Shown: positions 23,450 through 38,099, counted from the first letter of the whole stretch. The stretch is 63,931 nt of DNA, filler included, from Octopus bimaculoides (GCF_001194135.2; 7 parts of 6 records of this genome joined end to end with filler, not necessarily neighbours in it); one strand, 5' to 3'. A program made the numbers and translations. Notes: generated by a model not told the origin, from the sequence alone.

Positions 23450-25915
23450 GTCACTTATGAGGTTCTCAAAAGCGCTACTGGTAACAAGTGCTACTGGTAC
23501 AATCTGTTGCATGGTCGGGTAGTCGGCGACTAAACCGGCACTCCCACCAGGCTACCCTGTTGGGAAGGGTTGCTAGAAACCCAGTGGGATTAAAAACAAG
23601 ATCTGTTGAAAAGTTGGGTGAACCTAGTGCAGGCTCAACGGCTATCTAGCAATAGCACGGGTACGCAGAAATTCCGGGATGGAGTCCGGCGTGCTAGAAG
23701 ACCACTGGAAGTAAGGCACTTCTCAGCTTCTTTTGAAGCATGCCTCTAGAAGTTCACTCTGATATAAAACCAAATTTGCAGGGAATGACATTGGATATTT
23801 TGGGGGATCTTTGGTTTGTTCTAGAGATCTTGGCGCTCCCACATCCCTGCGACTCATATTGGCACTAGACATCTCACGCTGGCTTGTATCTGGATAATGT
23901 CAATAGAGTGGATAGAGGGGAGGTAGAAGGAGGAGCAAAGAGAGGCTGGTATTGGCTTTGTAGTTCGATCTGATATCCACAAGAAGTTGGAGGAGCTTCC
24001 TATTCCAATAAATGAACGTAGGCGATTTGCTACTCTAATAAGTACCTATGCACCTACTTTGACTAGTTGTGATGAAGATAAAACTATTTTTTATGCCCAG
24101 CTGAGGGCCATACTTAGGAAAGTCCCCAATTCTGATAAAGTCATTCTAGTGGGGGATTTCAATGCGAGGGTTGGAACAGACTGGCAAACATGGAACTCTC
24201 TATGATTTTCACAGCAAGATAGATGCAGGAGAAGTGCTATGAGCAGAATATGGATCTTGTCCAGATATTCATTGATTTAGTCAAAGCCTTTGATGTTGTG
24301 AATAGGGCTTTGCTATGGAAAGTACTTGGTAAACTTGGATGCCCGGATTACTTTGTATTTAGAATTAAACCATTTCATGATAGAATAGAGGCTTGGGTCA
24401 ATATTGGTGGTGGCATGGCGGGACCCATTCCTGTAGAAAATGGTGTCAACCAGAGTGACATCCTTGCCCCAACTCTCTTTTCTTTGTACTTTGTTGCTGC
24501 TTTTATTCATGCTTTTGCTAAGGTTAGCTCTCTGGGAATATATGTCAGGTATCCATCTTCTGGCCGCCTCTTTAATCTGCGCCGATTTGCTGCCAATTCA
24601 AAAGTTTTCCAGTCTCTTATTCGTGACCTCCTTTATGCAGATGACTGTGACTTTGTCATACAGTGGATAACATGTAAATACCGTATTTGATGGCCTATAA
24701 GACGCACGAGTACCTAGGACGCACCCTAGGCTAGGCTATACTTTTGTAAAATAAATTACTGTTCTAATTCCTCCGCTTACCTGTATAACTTTATGTTATT
24801 ACCGGTAATTATAAGCAATTAATTGCATCCGCATTCGATATAAGCATACCGTAGGCAATTGTTCACCAATAGATAGCAGCACACGTGTTGTAAACATACA
24901 TACCGTTTTGAACAAGTTTTGAGCCTACAATGAGTGTATTGGACTCAGGGGGTTTTAAAGCCATTTTTGGGTAAAAAAAAAGGTGCGTCTTATAGGCCAT
25001 CAAATACGGTACTTATGAATCGTATTTCGATTCAGCATTAGCCTGGACAAGACTGTTGTAATGTTCCATCCTGCACCAGGAAATCCATATGTGGAACCAG
25101 CTATCTTGGTTGAAGGAACAATTCTTAAAGTGGTAGACAAGTTTGTCTACCTGGGCAGCACACTCTTGCTCCCTGGATGATAAAATATCTTTCAGGCTGC
25201 AGAGAACAACTGATTCTTTCAGGTCTTTTCAGTATCGTGTCTGGTCCCAGCATGGCATCACAAAGCAAACAAAAATTGCTGTGTATAGTGCATGTATACT
25301 GACATCGCTCCTTTACTCATGTGAGATATGAACCCTTTACAAACGTTATGTAAGGGTCCTTGAACGCTTTCATCAGAGATATCTGAGGTACATTCTGAAT
25401 GTTGGCTGGACTTTAAAAACTCCCGACACACAGGTCCTGAGGACAGCTGATATCTTGAGTATTGAGGCGATGGTGCACAAGCACAGGTTACGTTGTACTG
25501 GACACCTCATTAGAATGACGGATAGCAGGATCCTTAAACAGATGCTATACGGGGGACTTGTCAGTGGAACGAGACCCCGGCAGAAACCAAGGCTGCGATT
25601 TAAGGATTGTGTCAAGTCCTCATTAAAGCCCTGTGATATGCAGGAGACTGACTGGGAGAGCAATGCCTGTCTTCGTTACAGATGGAGGAAGCAGGTTAAG
25701 GAGGGGGTCGACACCTTTGAGGGAGCACGTATTCTGTGTGAAGAATTTAAGCGTGCTGCCTGAAAGCGCACGACTAGCATAGTGAATGAAGAAAGCTTGG
25801 TTTGCAATGCTTGCAGTCGTGTATGCTTGTCAAGAGCAGGGCTCATTAACCACCAACGGAGCCGCAAATGCAAAATATGAATTAGTCCTAGAGCACAATG
25901 TTCCTAAAGGTCATC
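23450..25915 (+). mobile_element. RTE-clade LINE, decayed and internally deleted
   Basis: APE endonuclease (TLISTYAPT...ILVGDFNARVG) fused by deletion to RT (FIDLVKAFDVVNR, GVNQSDILAPTLF, LLYADD, FVYLGS) and C-terminus (LRFKDCVK...CNACSRVCLSRAGLINH); ends at (TA)n. Confidence 0.92.
24681..25009. mobile_element. Tc1/mariner/pogo-type MITE nested in the LINE RT domain
   Basis: 27-bp perfect TIRs CCGTATTTGATGGCCTATAAGACGCAC; TA at 24679-80 and 25010-11. Confidence 0.92.
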
Positions 25916-26602
25916 ATATATATATATATATATATATANNNNNNNNNNNNNNNNNNNNNNNNNNNNNNNNNNNNNNNNNNNNNNNNNNNNNNNNNNNNNN
26001 NNNNNNNNNNNNNNNNNNNNNNNNNNNNNNNNNNNNNNNNNNNNNNNNNNNNNNNNNNNNNNNNNNNNNNNNNNNNNNNNNNNNNNNNNNNNNNNNNNNN
26101 NNNNNNNNNNNNNNNNNNNNNNNNNNNNNNNNNNNNNNNNNNNNNNNNNNNNNNNNNNNNNNNNNNNNNNNNNNNNNNNNNNNNNNNNNNNNNNNNNNNN
26201 NNNTATATATATATATACTCACATATATATATATATATGTGTGTGTGTGTATGGATGCATATGTATGTATGGATTTATGTATGTATGTCTGTATGTATAT
26301 TCGAAGAGTCATTTTGCCAATAAGAAACACGCACCATGCACTGGTTGTATTTCACTTTTCTTCATTATTATCACAATTATGAAAAGATCGCAAGCAGGTA
26401 GAATCATTAGCTTGTCGGACAAAATGCTTAGCAGCATTTCGTCCGTTTTTATTTTCTAAGTCTAAATTCCGCCGAGATTGACTTTGCCTTCCATCCCTTC
26501 GGAATCGATAAACTACCGGTAAAATACTGCGGTTAACGGTATAGCTAACTTCTCCCACTGAAAATTGCTAGTCTTGTGCCAAAATTTGGAGCTTTTATTA
26601 TT

Positions 26603-27019
26603 ACTAGCGGAATCCGTGAATATTTCACGGAATTGATGGTAAAACTATTGGATTATTTCTGAAAACTTTCTCCATAAAACCTGAAAGCATAGCCTGTGTT
26701 GTGTCTGTATGGAAAGATAGTCGCTCATCTGCTACTCATAGAAAAGTTTAAAAAATTGGAATACATTGATTACTTAATGCACTTCATAGACTTAATACAC
26801 GGCTCTCATAAAATAAATATTCACTCTTATTTTTCCATTTTTCCTATAACAATAAAATCCCGTACATACGATACAACCTTTAGTTAAATTGCAAATATCT
26901 GTCACGTAAATAAAAGTGAATATTTTATGGATTTGCACTTATGCGCATGTGTTAAGTGATAGGTGATATAAAAAAAACTTAGCTCAAATAAAAAAAAAAA
27001 TACTTTTCATTATCCACCG
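26603..27019 (+). mobile_element. Possible Helitron-family non-autonomous element end
   Basis: ACTAG followed by hairpin CCGTGAA-TAT-TTCACGG (26614-30); truncated by the scaffold end. Confidence 0.4.
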
Positions 27020-27119
27020 NNNNNNNNNNNNNNNNNNNNNNNNNNNNNNNNNNNNNNNNNNNNTTAATTAATTAANNNNNNNNNNNNNNNNNNNNNNNNN
27101 NNNNNNNNNNNNNNNNNNN
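27020..27119. other. Artificial scaffold-joining spacer
   Basis: N44-TTAATTAATTAA(27064-27075)-N44. Confidence 0.97.
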
Positions 27120-27349
27120 TATATATACGGCAAAAAGAAAATGGAGGGGATACAAAAATGACATACATCAACCGGTGGATATTCTATTATGTCTATTCAT
27201 TCCAAAACAAGAGGGAGTATTATAAGAATACATACATATGCTAAGACTGTGAGCGACACAAATATATACTAGTAATATATAAAAGAGTAAAAGATTACAA
27301 GGTCAGTTCCTTGTGGCCGTTTCTGCCAAGAGGTCACGATATTCTCCTT

Positions 27350-28650
27350 ACTAGCTCCGTCTCTTCAGCGTTCTGTAGGGTTGGGTAGATAGAATTTGGA
27401 TGATGAGTGTGCCTCTAAGCCTTATCAGAGTGTCTAAATGTTTAGGAGAGCCGATACATACACGAGTCAGTTACTAATAGTTACGGTATATTGTTCTTAT
27501 TGAAGAGGGCATAAGAAGAATACGAGTAAGAGTTAGAGTGTGAGAAGAGTAAAATTTAGTAAAATTGATTAGGTATAGGAAGGAGAAATAAGTCATAGAC
27601 TTCAAGTGATGCCTCCCATTATTTATGTTATTTTATCCAGTGGTGGATAGGTAGGTATATTCGTTCTAAAAACTTATCCTTGGAACAAATATACCTACCT
27701 ATGTGTTTATACGAGATTTGTTGCCTGATACATAGGAACCTTGGAATAAAACGTTCATTGATTTTGCGATCAGCCGGCTGAATAAAAATTCGCTATTTCC
27801 AATTCAAGCTCTATCAAATTAATATAACCACATATGCATCATACTTTATGTATACACATCGTTGACAAGTATGTTATCGTGTTCTTCATCCAAAGATAGC
27901 ATAGTATCACTTCTTGACGTGCTGATATAGATGTGCGAATATATATCGAATTCTGTATAACCTTGCTCTGATATTAGTGGCACGTGTGTAGTTTTGGTAA
28001 ATTCTTTTAAGCACTGTTCGCCAAAATTCACCGTGTTTATAATCCAACTTTTCATATATGAATTCTACATTCATTGCGTTGAAGTAACGTCGCAGATTTC
28101 TATTTATATAAACAAATATGTGCGACTCAAATCTCCTCTGCATTTCAAAACACTTCTGATGCTCCACACCTAATCTCTGGAGAAATGATATATAACATAT
28201 CATATGTATTTTGTGTTCTTTATTATGTAAATGAATGCAAATTTTATTGCGTAACGTGTTAGATTTGATGTGCAAAATTTTATCAGGGTGTATTTAACAT
28301 AGAATAGAAATTTCCTTATGCTTGTGTATTCATTTATTCATAAACTCCACTGTAGGAGTGCGATACTAATTGCTTTTGAGCCGTCAACGCTCTTCATTAC
28401 GCAGAGGTTTCGTGTCAGTCACAAGCTGTTTAATATTCTAATAAATAATCTACCCCGATCTTTTCGTAGACACTTTTGTGGGAACAGTGTTTGAACACTC
28501 TTGATGACCAGTTAAATGACAGGGATATCGCACTGCCCGGATGCGGATTAGTGCTTCGTGGGGCTAATTTTGCAGCTGTCATGAAACACATACTATTGTC
28601 AGCGTGGTAATTTCTAATGTTCAGCTATCCCTTTTGTAATTCATGCTGAG
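27350..28650 (-). mobile_element. Possible highly decayed LINE (CR1/L2-like) relic
   Basis: Only vague RT-like peptide remnants across frames; no intact motif. Confidence 0.25.
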
Positions 28651-31610
28651 ATGCACTGTGCTTGTGTTTCGTAAATTCTCTGTTGTCATTTATACAAATA
28701 TATGCATTGAATGTTCGATCTAATTTTGATATCTTTCACATTTTCATGCTTTGGGTGTTCTTTCCGTGTTCCTGTCACTTAAGATATTACTTTTCTGTTG
28801 AATTACATTTGCACATTTTTTTCTTCATTTCATACTCTCTATTTTTGATCATCCATGTTGATCAGGAAAAAGGAAAAAGGAAAGAAAAAGAAAAAGAAAA
28901 AATCCACAGATATCTGCAACTAAGGAAAATTAATATTCTTATTCTCAATTGATGAGACATCTGCAGACCTTCGCTTCTCCTGCTAGGTCAACCTCTTGGA
29001 ATTAATAGCGTTTTTATATTTTTCATTATTTTCACAATACCAATGATAACTGATATGCAGAAAGGCTTTTTAGTGCATCTTTGCATGCATCATTTAGTGT
29101 TCTGCTTTTCACTATATCAAAGAATGATCTTATACAGTTTGACACTTTACATTAGAAGCGAATATGTTACCACTGTATATACATATCTTTGTCTATGTGG
29201 GTTTATACAGGTGTATATTTATGTGTTTATGTGCATAATTGTCCGTGAGTTTATATATGAATACAGGCATGTCAGTTTACATTTTGAGAAATTTAATATC
29301 ACGATATATCCTTTCATGTCTCCAGCAATTATCAAATTTCATTTACATACATCTTGTGAACCTCCATTTCCTGCAATACATTTCAAATATTTGCAGCATC
29401 TAACTCACACCAAATCGTACACAAAATCGAAGGAATATGCCAGGTTCCTTCGATTTATGCCAAAAAAAAAAAAGAGTCGTAATTTAGCAAGAAATTCGAC
29501 AGATGAGACGAAAATATGGAGAATTTGTCGAAGGAACCTGTTATTCTATATATAACACATTTAAAAAGAGGAAATTTATATCAACTGTTATGAAACATTC
29601 TAAAATATTTTTAAAACTAAGTATATGAGAGTAACAAGTACTTACTCCTCTTTTTTCGTAACTATTTATTGAAATCATATATANNNNNNNNNNNNNNNNN
29701 NNNNNNNAAGCGGTTAAACGTTTGCAAATTAATTTAGAAATTGGTGAATTGATTGTCGTTAATTACTGTCATGAGTTTCTCTCATTAAAACTCCATCTGA
29801 AGAAACTCACAAACATGGAGACACATGCAAACCTGCTCTGACTCCGTTCATTAATGGACACATAAAAACTTGAGAGAGAGAACGAAGTGGGGAGGAATGT
29901 GGGAGAGAAGGAGAGGGAGAAAATCTAAAATCTATTTGCCTGAATAACAAATAAGTAAAACAAAGAATTTCTGAAAAAGAAAAAAAAATACGCCTGTCTA
30001 TCTCGGGGCATTTTTTTATGGGGGTGGGTACCTTGTCTCCTCTTCGGATTTTAAATGCATGGGACTGAATCCAAGATATTATCTGCATCTCCTCCAACTA
30101 AGCGAAAATAGATTATTTCTGTGTCGTTATCTTGCGTAACATATAGCTTATTGAAGTACTAGAATGGTGTGCAACACCCATTTCCGAGCGGTGGCGTTTC
30201 GGATGTGGATGAAACTCAATGTGAAATCACAGCCATCACTCATACGCATGCATTATTAATAACATCCCGAACAAAACCATAGGTCTGGTGAGGCAGTGAT
30301 TCACTCACTAACACATTTCAACCACAGGTAACCTCACACACATCATCCATTCCAGGTACTTATTCTAATGCCACTTACTACACAGGGCTTCTTTTATAAC
30401 TGGAATGGTTATTACTACAACACCTCTATAAATGCATGCAAGGAACACATGGTATTGTTCTCTTATTATAGTCAACATATACTTCACGTTAAACACTATT
30501 CTTAATCTTAAATTCTCCAACCGTTTCAAACTTGAAGATGCATCTCTCGATTCACGTTTTAGCTTGAAAACGTTACATAGCTGGAAATAAAGAGTTCTAA
30601 TTTCACAATATCCGAAAAACTCGCTGAGTCACGAGAGTTATACAGTAAAAAAGTACGTGATGTTCCATAACACTTCTCACGGCAAGTGGAATACAGTTGA
30701 TATTTCATAAGCTGGCCTTGAGTTAAATCAATACTACAACCAAATGAACAGAGCGGTTCTGTAGTAAGAAGCTTGCTTCCCACCCAGCTGGATCGGGGTT
30801 TAGTTCCACTGCGTGGCAGCTTGAGCAGTTGTGTGCTATTATTGCTTCGTGCCAACTGAAACCTTTTTCGAGAATTTGGGAGACGAAGATTGAAGTTTGT
30901 CGTAAGTATGTGTTGGAGAGCGTAGGCTCGAAATGTAAACGACTTATCACTTTCCAAGCGTCAAACTAATACACCTATCTTGTCTTTTTTTTCTGGAAAT
31001 TTCATCTATATATATATCGATGGATAGACAGACAGATAAAGAGATAGATAAATAGTTGTGCGTGTCGTTGTGGCTATGTTTGTCCTCCAGAGGCCCTTCA
31101 CAACCGGTGTTTGTGTGTTTAAGGCCTCGTAAACTAGAGACTCGGCAAAGGGACAGGTGGAATAGGTAACGGGCTTTAAAAAAAACATAAGTACTGTTAT
31201 ACATTCATTCGACTAAAACCTTTTGAAGGCAGTGCCCCAGCATGGCCGCTATCTAATGAATGAAACATGTTAAAGAACATCCATAATACGAGCGAAAATG
31301 TTTCTTTAACAATTTCAGGTATACGTAGGTACTATTGCAATTAAATTGAAATAAACAAGGAGCTGATATTCCTTTTTAAACTCCGAAGTATCTAAAAGAA
31401 ACTCGAACTCCTCGTGGCTTGAAAGCAGGAATGTGATACCGCTTGACAGTTTGTTCGTCGCCTGGAAGATTCTGAGAATCCATTGCTCGAAGAGAGAAGG
31501 AAGGTAAATTTAGGAAAGTCTTTCGGAATATACTACATGAAGAAACATATACCAGAGTGATATATTACACAAGCAGACGGACACACACACACACGCACAC
31601 ACACACACAC

Positions 31611-31660
<50 letters not shown>

Positions 31661-32004
31661 ACCCACACACCCACCCACACACACACACACACACATATGC
31701 CGCACAGAACGTACATGGTTATTCAAAATCTCGTATGTGACTATGTGTGTATATTTGTAGGTATGCTTGAATGTGTGGATGCGTCTCTATGGGCGGTATT
31801 GGTGAGTACGTATATACGTACAGCCAGCAAATAATGAATAATTCTAACAGATTTAAAATAAACCTGTCAAGGAGATCTGTCTGCATCTACGATTTTATAA
31901 ATTAGGATATAATGAGGGTTGTTGTAGCAAAGTCAACAGCAACAATAACAACAACAGCATATAAAAACACACATACACATACATACATACATACATACAT
32001 ACAT

Positions 32005-32057
<53 letters not shown>

Positions 32058-32371
32058 TCAGCTAGAAATTAACAAAATACTACAATAAAGACAAAAAACA
32101 ACAAATATATAAAATAAACGGTCCAACTCCCGCCCCAAAATAAATGAATAATAAATCAGAACAAAGACGGCATAAAAATAGTTACAGACACACAATACAC
32201 ACGATCAGAAAACTGCTCCAAAGAAGGAGTCGCCATTCAATTTGGATTCTACCTTATTAAAAAATTAATGAGAACTTAGAAACGTAGTCTTAGATATATA
32301 ACAAAGTCTGGATGGTCACGGTCGAAAACGTATTTCCGTATGTATAATGTATGTATATATATTCGACAGCT

Positions 32372-32502
32372 GAGTCAACTGGTGCAACGTGAAAAAATTA
32401 AATGTCTTCCTCAAGAATATAACACAACCCGGTCCGGGAATCGAACTCACACCTTCATGATTGTGAGCCCGACCCCCTAACAACTGAGCCAGGCTCCCTC
32501 AG
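32372..32502 (-). mobile_element. tRNA-derived SINE head
   Basis: Reverse complement contains GGCTCAGTTGTTAGGGG (A-box-like) and GAGTTCGATTCCC (B box). Confidence 0.65.
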
Positions 32503-32534
32503 TCATATATTTACACACACACACACACACACAG

Positions 32535-32624
<90 letters not shown>

Positions 32625-34665
32625 GCAAGCACTGAAATTTTCTGTGTATTTTAGTCTTTGAATTGCGTCGAAAGCATTGCTTCCGTGTTCTTCTGTGTTC
32701 TTCCGCCGATTTATGTTCTTGAAAATTTAGTAGGATGTTCTATCATTCCAAGAGTTACAGGTTTTGTATCTGGAAGCGTTGTTGGAAGAGTATTCTCAAC
32801 AATCTCCTGAGGTTGTTGATCGATCTGCAACAATTCGATCTCACCTATCACTCTCTCTCTCTCTCCCTCTGTCTACCTATGTTTTGAGATGTGATGCCAG
32901 AGTGCATTAAGATGTAATTTTTACCACAAGTTTCGACAGGTGTTTTTTTTTTGCACAATTATCTCATGATATTTCTGCGCCCTATACAGACAGACATTTC
33001 TAATATTTCTGTAGATTTCAAGATGATTAGAAATGTATGTCCATGTTGAGCACGTTTAATTACATGTCATTTTTGTTTCCACAACAAATGAAATGTTAAC
33101 GCCATTCATATTTCATTGGGTTGGTCTCAGTATATTGACGTACGTTGCTCTATCTTTCCTTATTATGCACTTTTCCACAATTTACTGATATCATAGTACC
33201 TCACACGGAGGACAGGGATTTCTTTGGATCACTTTTCTTTTAAGGCACACTGATCATCTCTCTGTTTTCTTAAGCGGAAGGAAATATGAATTTATTTTCA
33301 GAACGTGACTACTACTTACGAATGTAGTACCACGCTTTTGATAAGCATTAACATATTCTCACTTCTTTCGTTTTGGAAAGTACGTATGAGTAATATTGTT
33401 TGTTTTTTATGTCGCTGTTTTTATTGTTATTGCCGAAAAAAAAATCACTAAAATGTTTCATCGGTTCAGTGGCCTTGCTACTTGTTTTTGTTTCTTTCGC
33501 GAGTTGAGATACGATATTTTGAAAACATTTTCTTCAAAAGAACTATCCATTTTATCTATGGTAGTAATTTTGTACATGTTTTATTTGAATGAACAGAGGC
33601 GCAGAAATAAGTGTGGATAATTCCCCTAGGTTTTCGTCTGAAGTCTGTATGGGCATATTTTCAAATTCTCAATTTTCTTTGAATCAGAATTGATTCAAAA
33701 CAAAACTTTCAGTCGTTCCTCATGATAGAATCTGTCGCCATAATGGACGACTCGAGAATACGTCTGAATATTTTACCAGGCAATGTCGATGATGATGACG
33801 ATGCTGGTGGTGACGTCGAAGACGGTGACGACTTTGCTGAAGATGATGGAGATGATATCAACAATAGCAGCGAGTAATAATATTACAGACATGACTTGTT
33901 ATGATATACGGATAAGAAAAATGTGCCAAGACAACCTTGAAAAGAAGAAATTTTATTAATATCACTAATATGTTATTAGATAATGCAAGAAAGTTAAGCA
34001 ATTTAGAACAAGCAGACTCATACAAATTCTAAGAAATCATAGAAATAGACAGAGTAAAACACAGAAAATATTTAATAGATTAGAAGTGAATATTATAGAA
34101 GTATTACATTAATACTGAAAGCAGCCATTAATGCAAACAATAAGGAAATAACTATCTATACATAATCTGCCCCAGTAAAAAAATTATAGTTATAATATTC
34201 TCAATTGTACACCAAAAGAATTACAAAAAGCAGAAAGAAAAATAAATTTCACAGTGCATTTTGTTGATCAAGGAAAGCATAAGCAAAGAGTTTAAAATTG
34301 TAGACAGAGATTGCAATGTCTGAGCCTAGATGGATTATAACAAGACATTACCGTCTACGCATGCTTATTTCTCTGAATATTCTCCATAAATGAAGTCGCA
34401 CCAATAATAACCAGGCGCAACAAACATTGTATGAATAAATGGTAAAACAAAAAAAAAAGAAAAAAGAAATTATTTAACTACATTCTGAGGGTCCTTACTA
34501 AGTGTACTTTATATGTTTTCTTAATATAGGAAGATAATCTTGCAACTGAATTATTTTCAATAAATTAAAAGCTGCTGTTGATGCTGTCGTTGCTACTACT
34601 ACTACTACTACTATTACCTTACGCGACAATGAAAAGTTCTACAAGATACTGAATATATCTATCTA

Positions 34666-34696
<31 letters not shown>

Positions 34697-34699
<3 letters not shown>

Positions 34700-36391
34700 C
34701 CTTAATATGTTGGCCTGGTTGTCCCTTGTCGGTAGGCATTGATCTTGGGCTGCTATGATAAACCCCTCTGTTTAAGATTTTAAGCCAGATATCATTAGCC
34801 ATTGATGGGTAAGTGCTTTGCGACCATCGGCGTTATTCTCTCTCTTTGGGTATTTACCATTGAGAGGTTCTTCTTGCCATTTATCAGTCAGAATATCTAA
34901 GGCAGCAGTTTTAGCACAGGTTTTCATGCGCTTAGCTTTTTCTGCACCCTTTCTAGTATGCCTAATTCCGAACTTTTTTGTATTTGGAATTCACTTATAT
35001 ATTCCTTGCCTGTTTTGTTACTGAGTATGATGATTCCTTGTTTTCGTGTTTTGAGTCAAGTTTTAGCATCCAGTCCCCAGAGTTTTTCAATTAGGTGTCT
35101 AAGTCAATTGCTGCAATCTTCATTGTTAATTCCGTTTGTAAAAGTCCACGGCTTCCTCCATTTCTTGGCAGATAAAGTCGTTCTATATCTGCCATAGGGT
35201 GGTGCATTCTATGCATTGTCAACAGTTTTTGCATTTTTCTGTCAAGATTACATATTTCAATAAATTACCCGTTAATTATAGTGCAACTGTAAGCCACGAC
35301 TGGTATGGCTAAAACATTGATCGCTTCAGTCCTGTTTCTTGCAATCAGCTCTGTCTTAAATATTACTCTCAATCTACGATAACATTCTCTTCTGATCCTT
35401 TCCCTCATAACTGAATGCCTGATTCCGTCCCATTCAAGTACCCCTAGGTATTTGTATCTCACCGCGGGTTCTAACTCTTTTATGACAATATGCTGGGCAA
35501 GATTAACATTATATGTTTCTGTCATTTTTTCTTTTGAGAAAGGTAGCTTTTGCACATTTATCGAGGCCAAATTGCATCCTGATGTCATCACTGAATTGTT
35601 TCACAATCGCTAGTAAGCCCTTCAGTCGTTGGTCATTTGTTGCAAAGAGCTTTACATCATCTACATAAATGAGATGATTTATAATTTTATCAAACATTTT
35701 ATAACCGTACTCTGCATTATTGAGCAATTTTGAGGTATTACTGCTAGATAAGAGAGGGATGGTGACAGTGAGTTTCACTGGAAAATGCCACATGAAATTT
35801 TTATATCACCAGCATATAGAGATTCATTGTCACTGTTCAAAGTCAGTGTGGTTCTCCATGATCGCATGCTTACAGACAAAAAGTTTCGCAGAGTAGGCGC
35901 TATTTTATATATTTCCAGACATTTCTTAATCCAGCTATGTGGTAGGCTATGAAAAGCTTTTTATAGTCTATCCGGCCTATTGATTAGTTTTTGTGTCGTT
36001 TATGACAATCTTCTAAGATCATTTTATTGATGAGTAGCCGATCTTTACAACCATGAGATCCACGTTTACATCATTTTCGCTCATTAAGGAACATCCTACT
36101 TTCTATATAAAAAAAAACTATAGGTATATTCAGACAGATGTTAGCGTTTTATACAATGTTGTTATGCAGGCTATGGGTTTATAATTTTTGGTTCATTTGT
36201 TTCTTCATTTATTGGAAATAGGAATGTTAAACCGTTAACTAGACAAGAAGGAATCATACTAGGATGTTGCAAAACATCGTTGTAAAGTTTTGTTAGCAGT
36301 TCATGGCTCTCTGGAAAGCCATTCAACCAGAAGTTAGGAATGTTATGCCTTCTTGGAGACTTCCATTTGTTTGACCTCCTGAGAGCAGATT
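34697..36391 (-). mobile_element. R4/Dong-clade LINE, RT to pre-CCHC region, decayed
   Basis: WKSP...NFWLN, KNYKPIACITTLYK, HLIYVDDVKLFA...FSDDIRMQFGLDKCAKA, YKYLGV, ERLYLPRNGG, EGFIIAAQDQ. Confidence 0.92.
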
Positions 36392-36835
36392 GTTTGCTGT
36401 GATGCTCTTGTGGTTACTGTATTGTAAGTGTTTTGCGTAGGATGTGTGCAGTGCCCAGTAGTACAATTTTCTGCATGTTATATATATAAGTAAGTCCTAG
36501 TGTTTTTGTTAAGTATTTGTCTGACTATTTTTTAATCATACCTAAGACGTCTACTATGATAGGAATTGTTTCTGTTTTTAGATTCCACATTCGAGTTACC
36601 TCTATTTCCAGGTTTTTGTATTTTGAAAGTTTCTCCATTTCATTTAGGGAAACGTTGTCATCTGCTCGTATTGATACATCGATTTAAAGCATTTTTTTCC
36701 TTCATGATCTCTGACAACTATATCTGGCCTATTAGTCTTAATTTCTCTATCTGTTTGTATTTGCATATCCCAGAGTATGGCTGCTTTCTCGCTTTCTGTA
36801 ACCTTTCTCTGGCGTGTGCATATATCATCGTGTGC
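36392..36835 (-). mobile_element. R4/Dong-clade LINE 3' end (restriction-like endonuclease and start of 3' UTR)
   Basis: ILWDMQIQTDREIKTNRPDIVV...IDVSI...EKLSKYKNLEIEVTRMW...IPIIVDVLGMI...VLLGTAHILRKTL*; stop codon at 36414-16. Confidence 0.92.
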
Positions 36836-36837
36836 CT

Positions 36838-37083
<246 letters not shown>

Positions 37084-37090
37084 TTATGTT

Positions 37091-37190
37091 NNNNNNNNNN
37101 NNNNNNNNNNNNNNNNNNNNNNNNNNNNNNNNNNTTAATTAATTAANNNNNNNNNNNNNNNNNNNNNNNNNNNNNNNNNNNNNNNNNNNN
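37091..37190. other. Artificial scaffold-joining spacer
   Basis: N44-TTAATTAATTAA(37135-37146)-N44. Confidence 0.97.
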
Positions 37191-37859
37191 AGAAAAGAAA
37201 AAAAAAAACTATAGTTCTTGCTTTCAATTGTACACACACACACACACACAAACACAAAATTAAAAGAAGCGAAGAAAAATAGATTAAAAAAAAAAATTAA
37301 AATATCTTTTTATTACCAACACCAAAAGAGAATTATTTAATTCCAAAACTTACATAAAAATCTTTTATGAAGAAATAATCCGTGGGTGTGATTAACATGA
37401 GGATTAACATTGTAAGAATATAGAAGAGGCCGACAATTAACTTGGTCAATCCTGCAGCCACACTGTAACAAAGATGAGAGCAAATTAATCATTTACGAAC
37501 CATCGTAATTGTTTGAATGTTAAAGGGTTACAAAAGTGTTATTTGTTCAAACCAGTCTAGCTTGGTCTTCTTTTATCTTTTGTTTCTATCATTAGGCCGT
37601 GACCATGCTGGGGTACCACCTTGAAGAATTTTTAGTCAAATGGGAAGTGTCTCCTGTCACCTGTTAGAAAACACAGAACCCCAAAACTACAACAATTTGA
37701 CTCACCTGTTGGGTACTTTATCACCTCTGCCTGCAAATCCACCTTTCACTAAAGTGAGGTACCTTCGTATGGAGCACTGCAATGAGACATACAATATTAA
37801 TTATCACCTTGAATTAGAAGGGGGATATGGGGGAAAAAACAACATAGCATACACGATAA

Positions 37860-38035
37860 CATCAGAAATGAGGCGCTTGGAGGGATTTGAAATATGGTTC
37901 TTACAGAGCATATTGAGGACAGCATGAACAGACTAAGTGTCTAAAGAAGAGGTGATGACCTGGGCTGTGGTAAAAGGAAACTGCTTTGTGAAATAAGGAC
38001 CAAGTAACAGATTCCTTGGTCGTGTAATTCTGTTT
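37860..38035 (+). mobile_element. RTE-like LINE fragment
   Basis: RRLEGFEIWFLQSILRTA*TD*VSKEEVM (cf. RLEAFEMWCYRRMLRISWTDKVTNEEVL). Confidence 0.7.
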
Positions 38036-38099
38036 ACTACTGGTATTCAAACATGAACCAATAAACAATCCTTTTACTTCACTGCTTTCGGCAGAGTTC

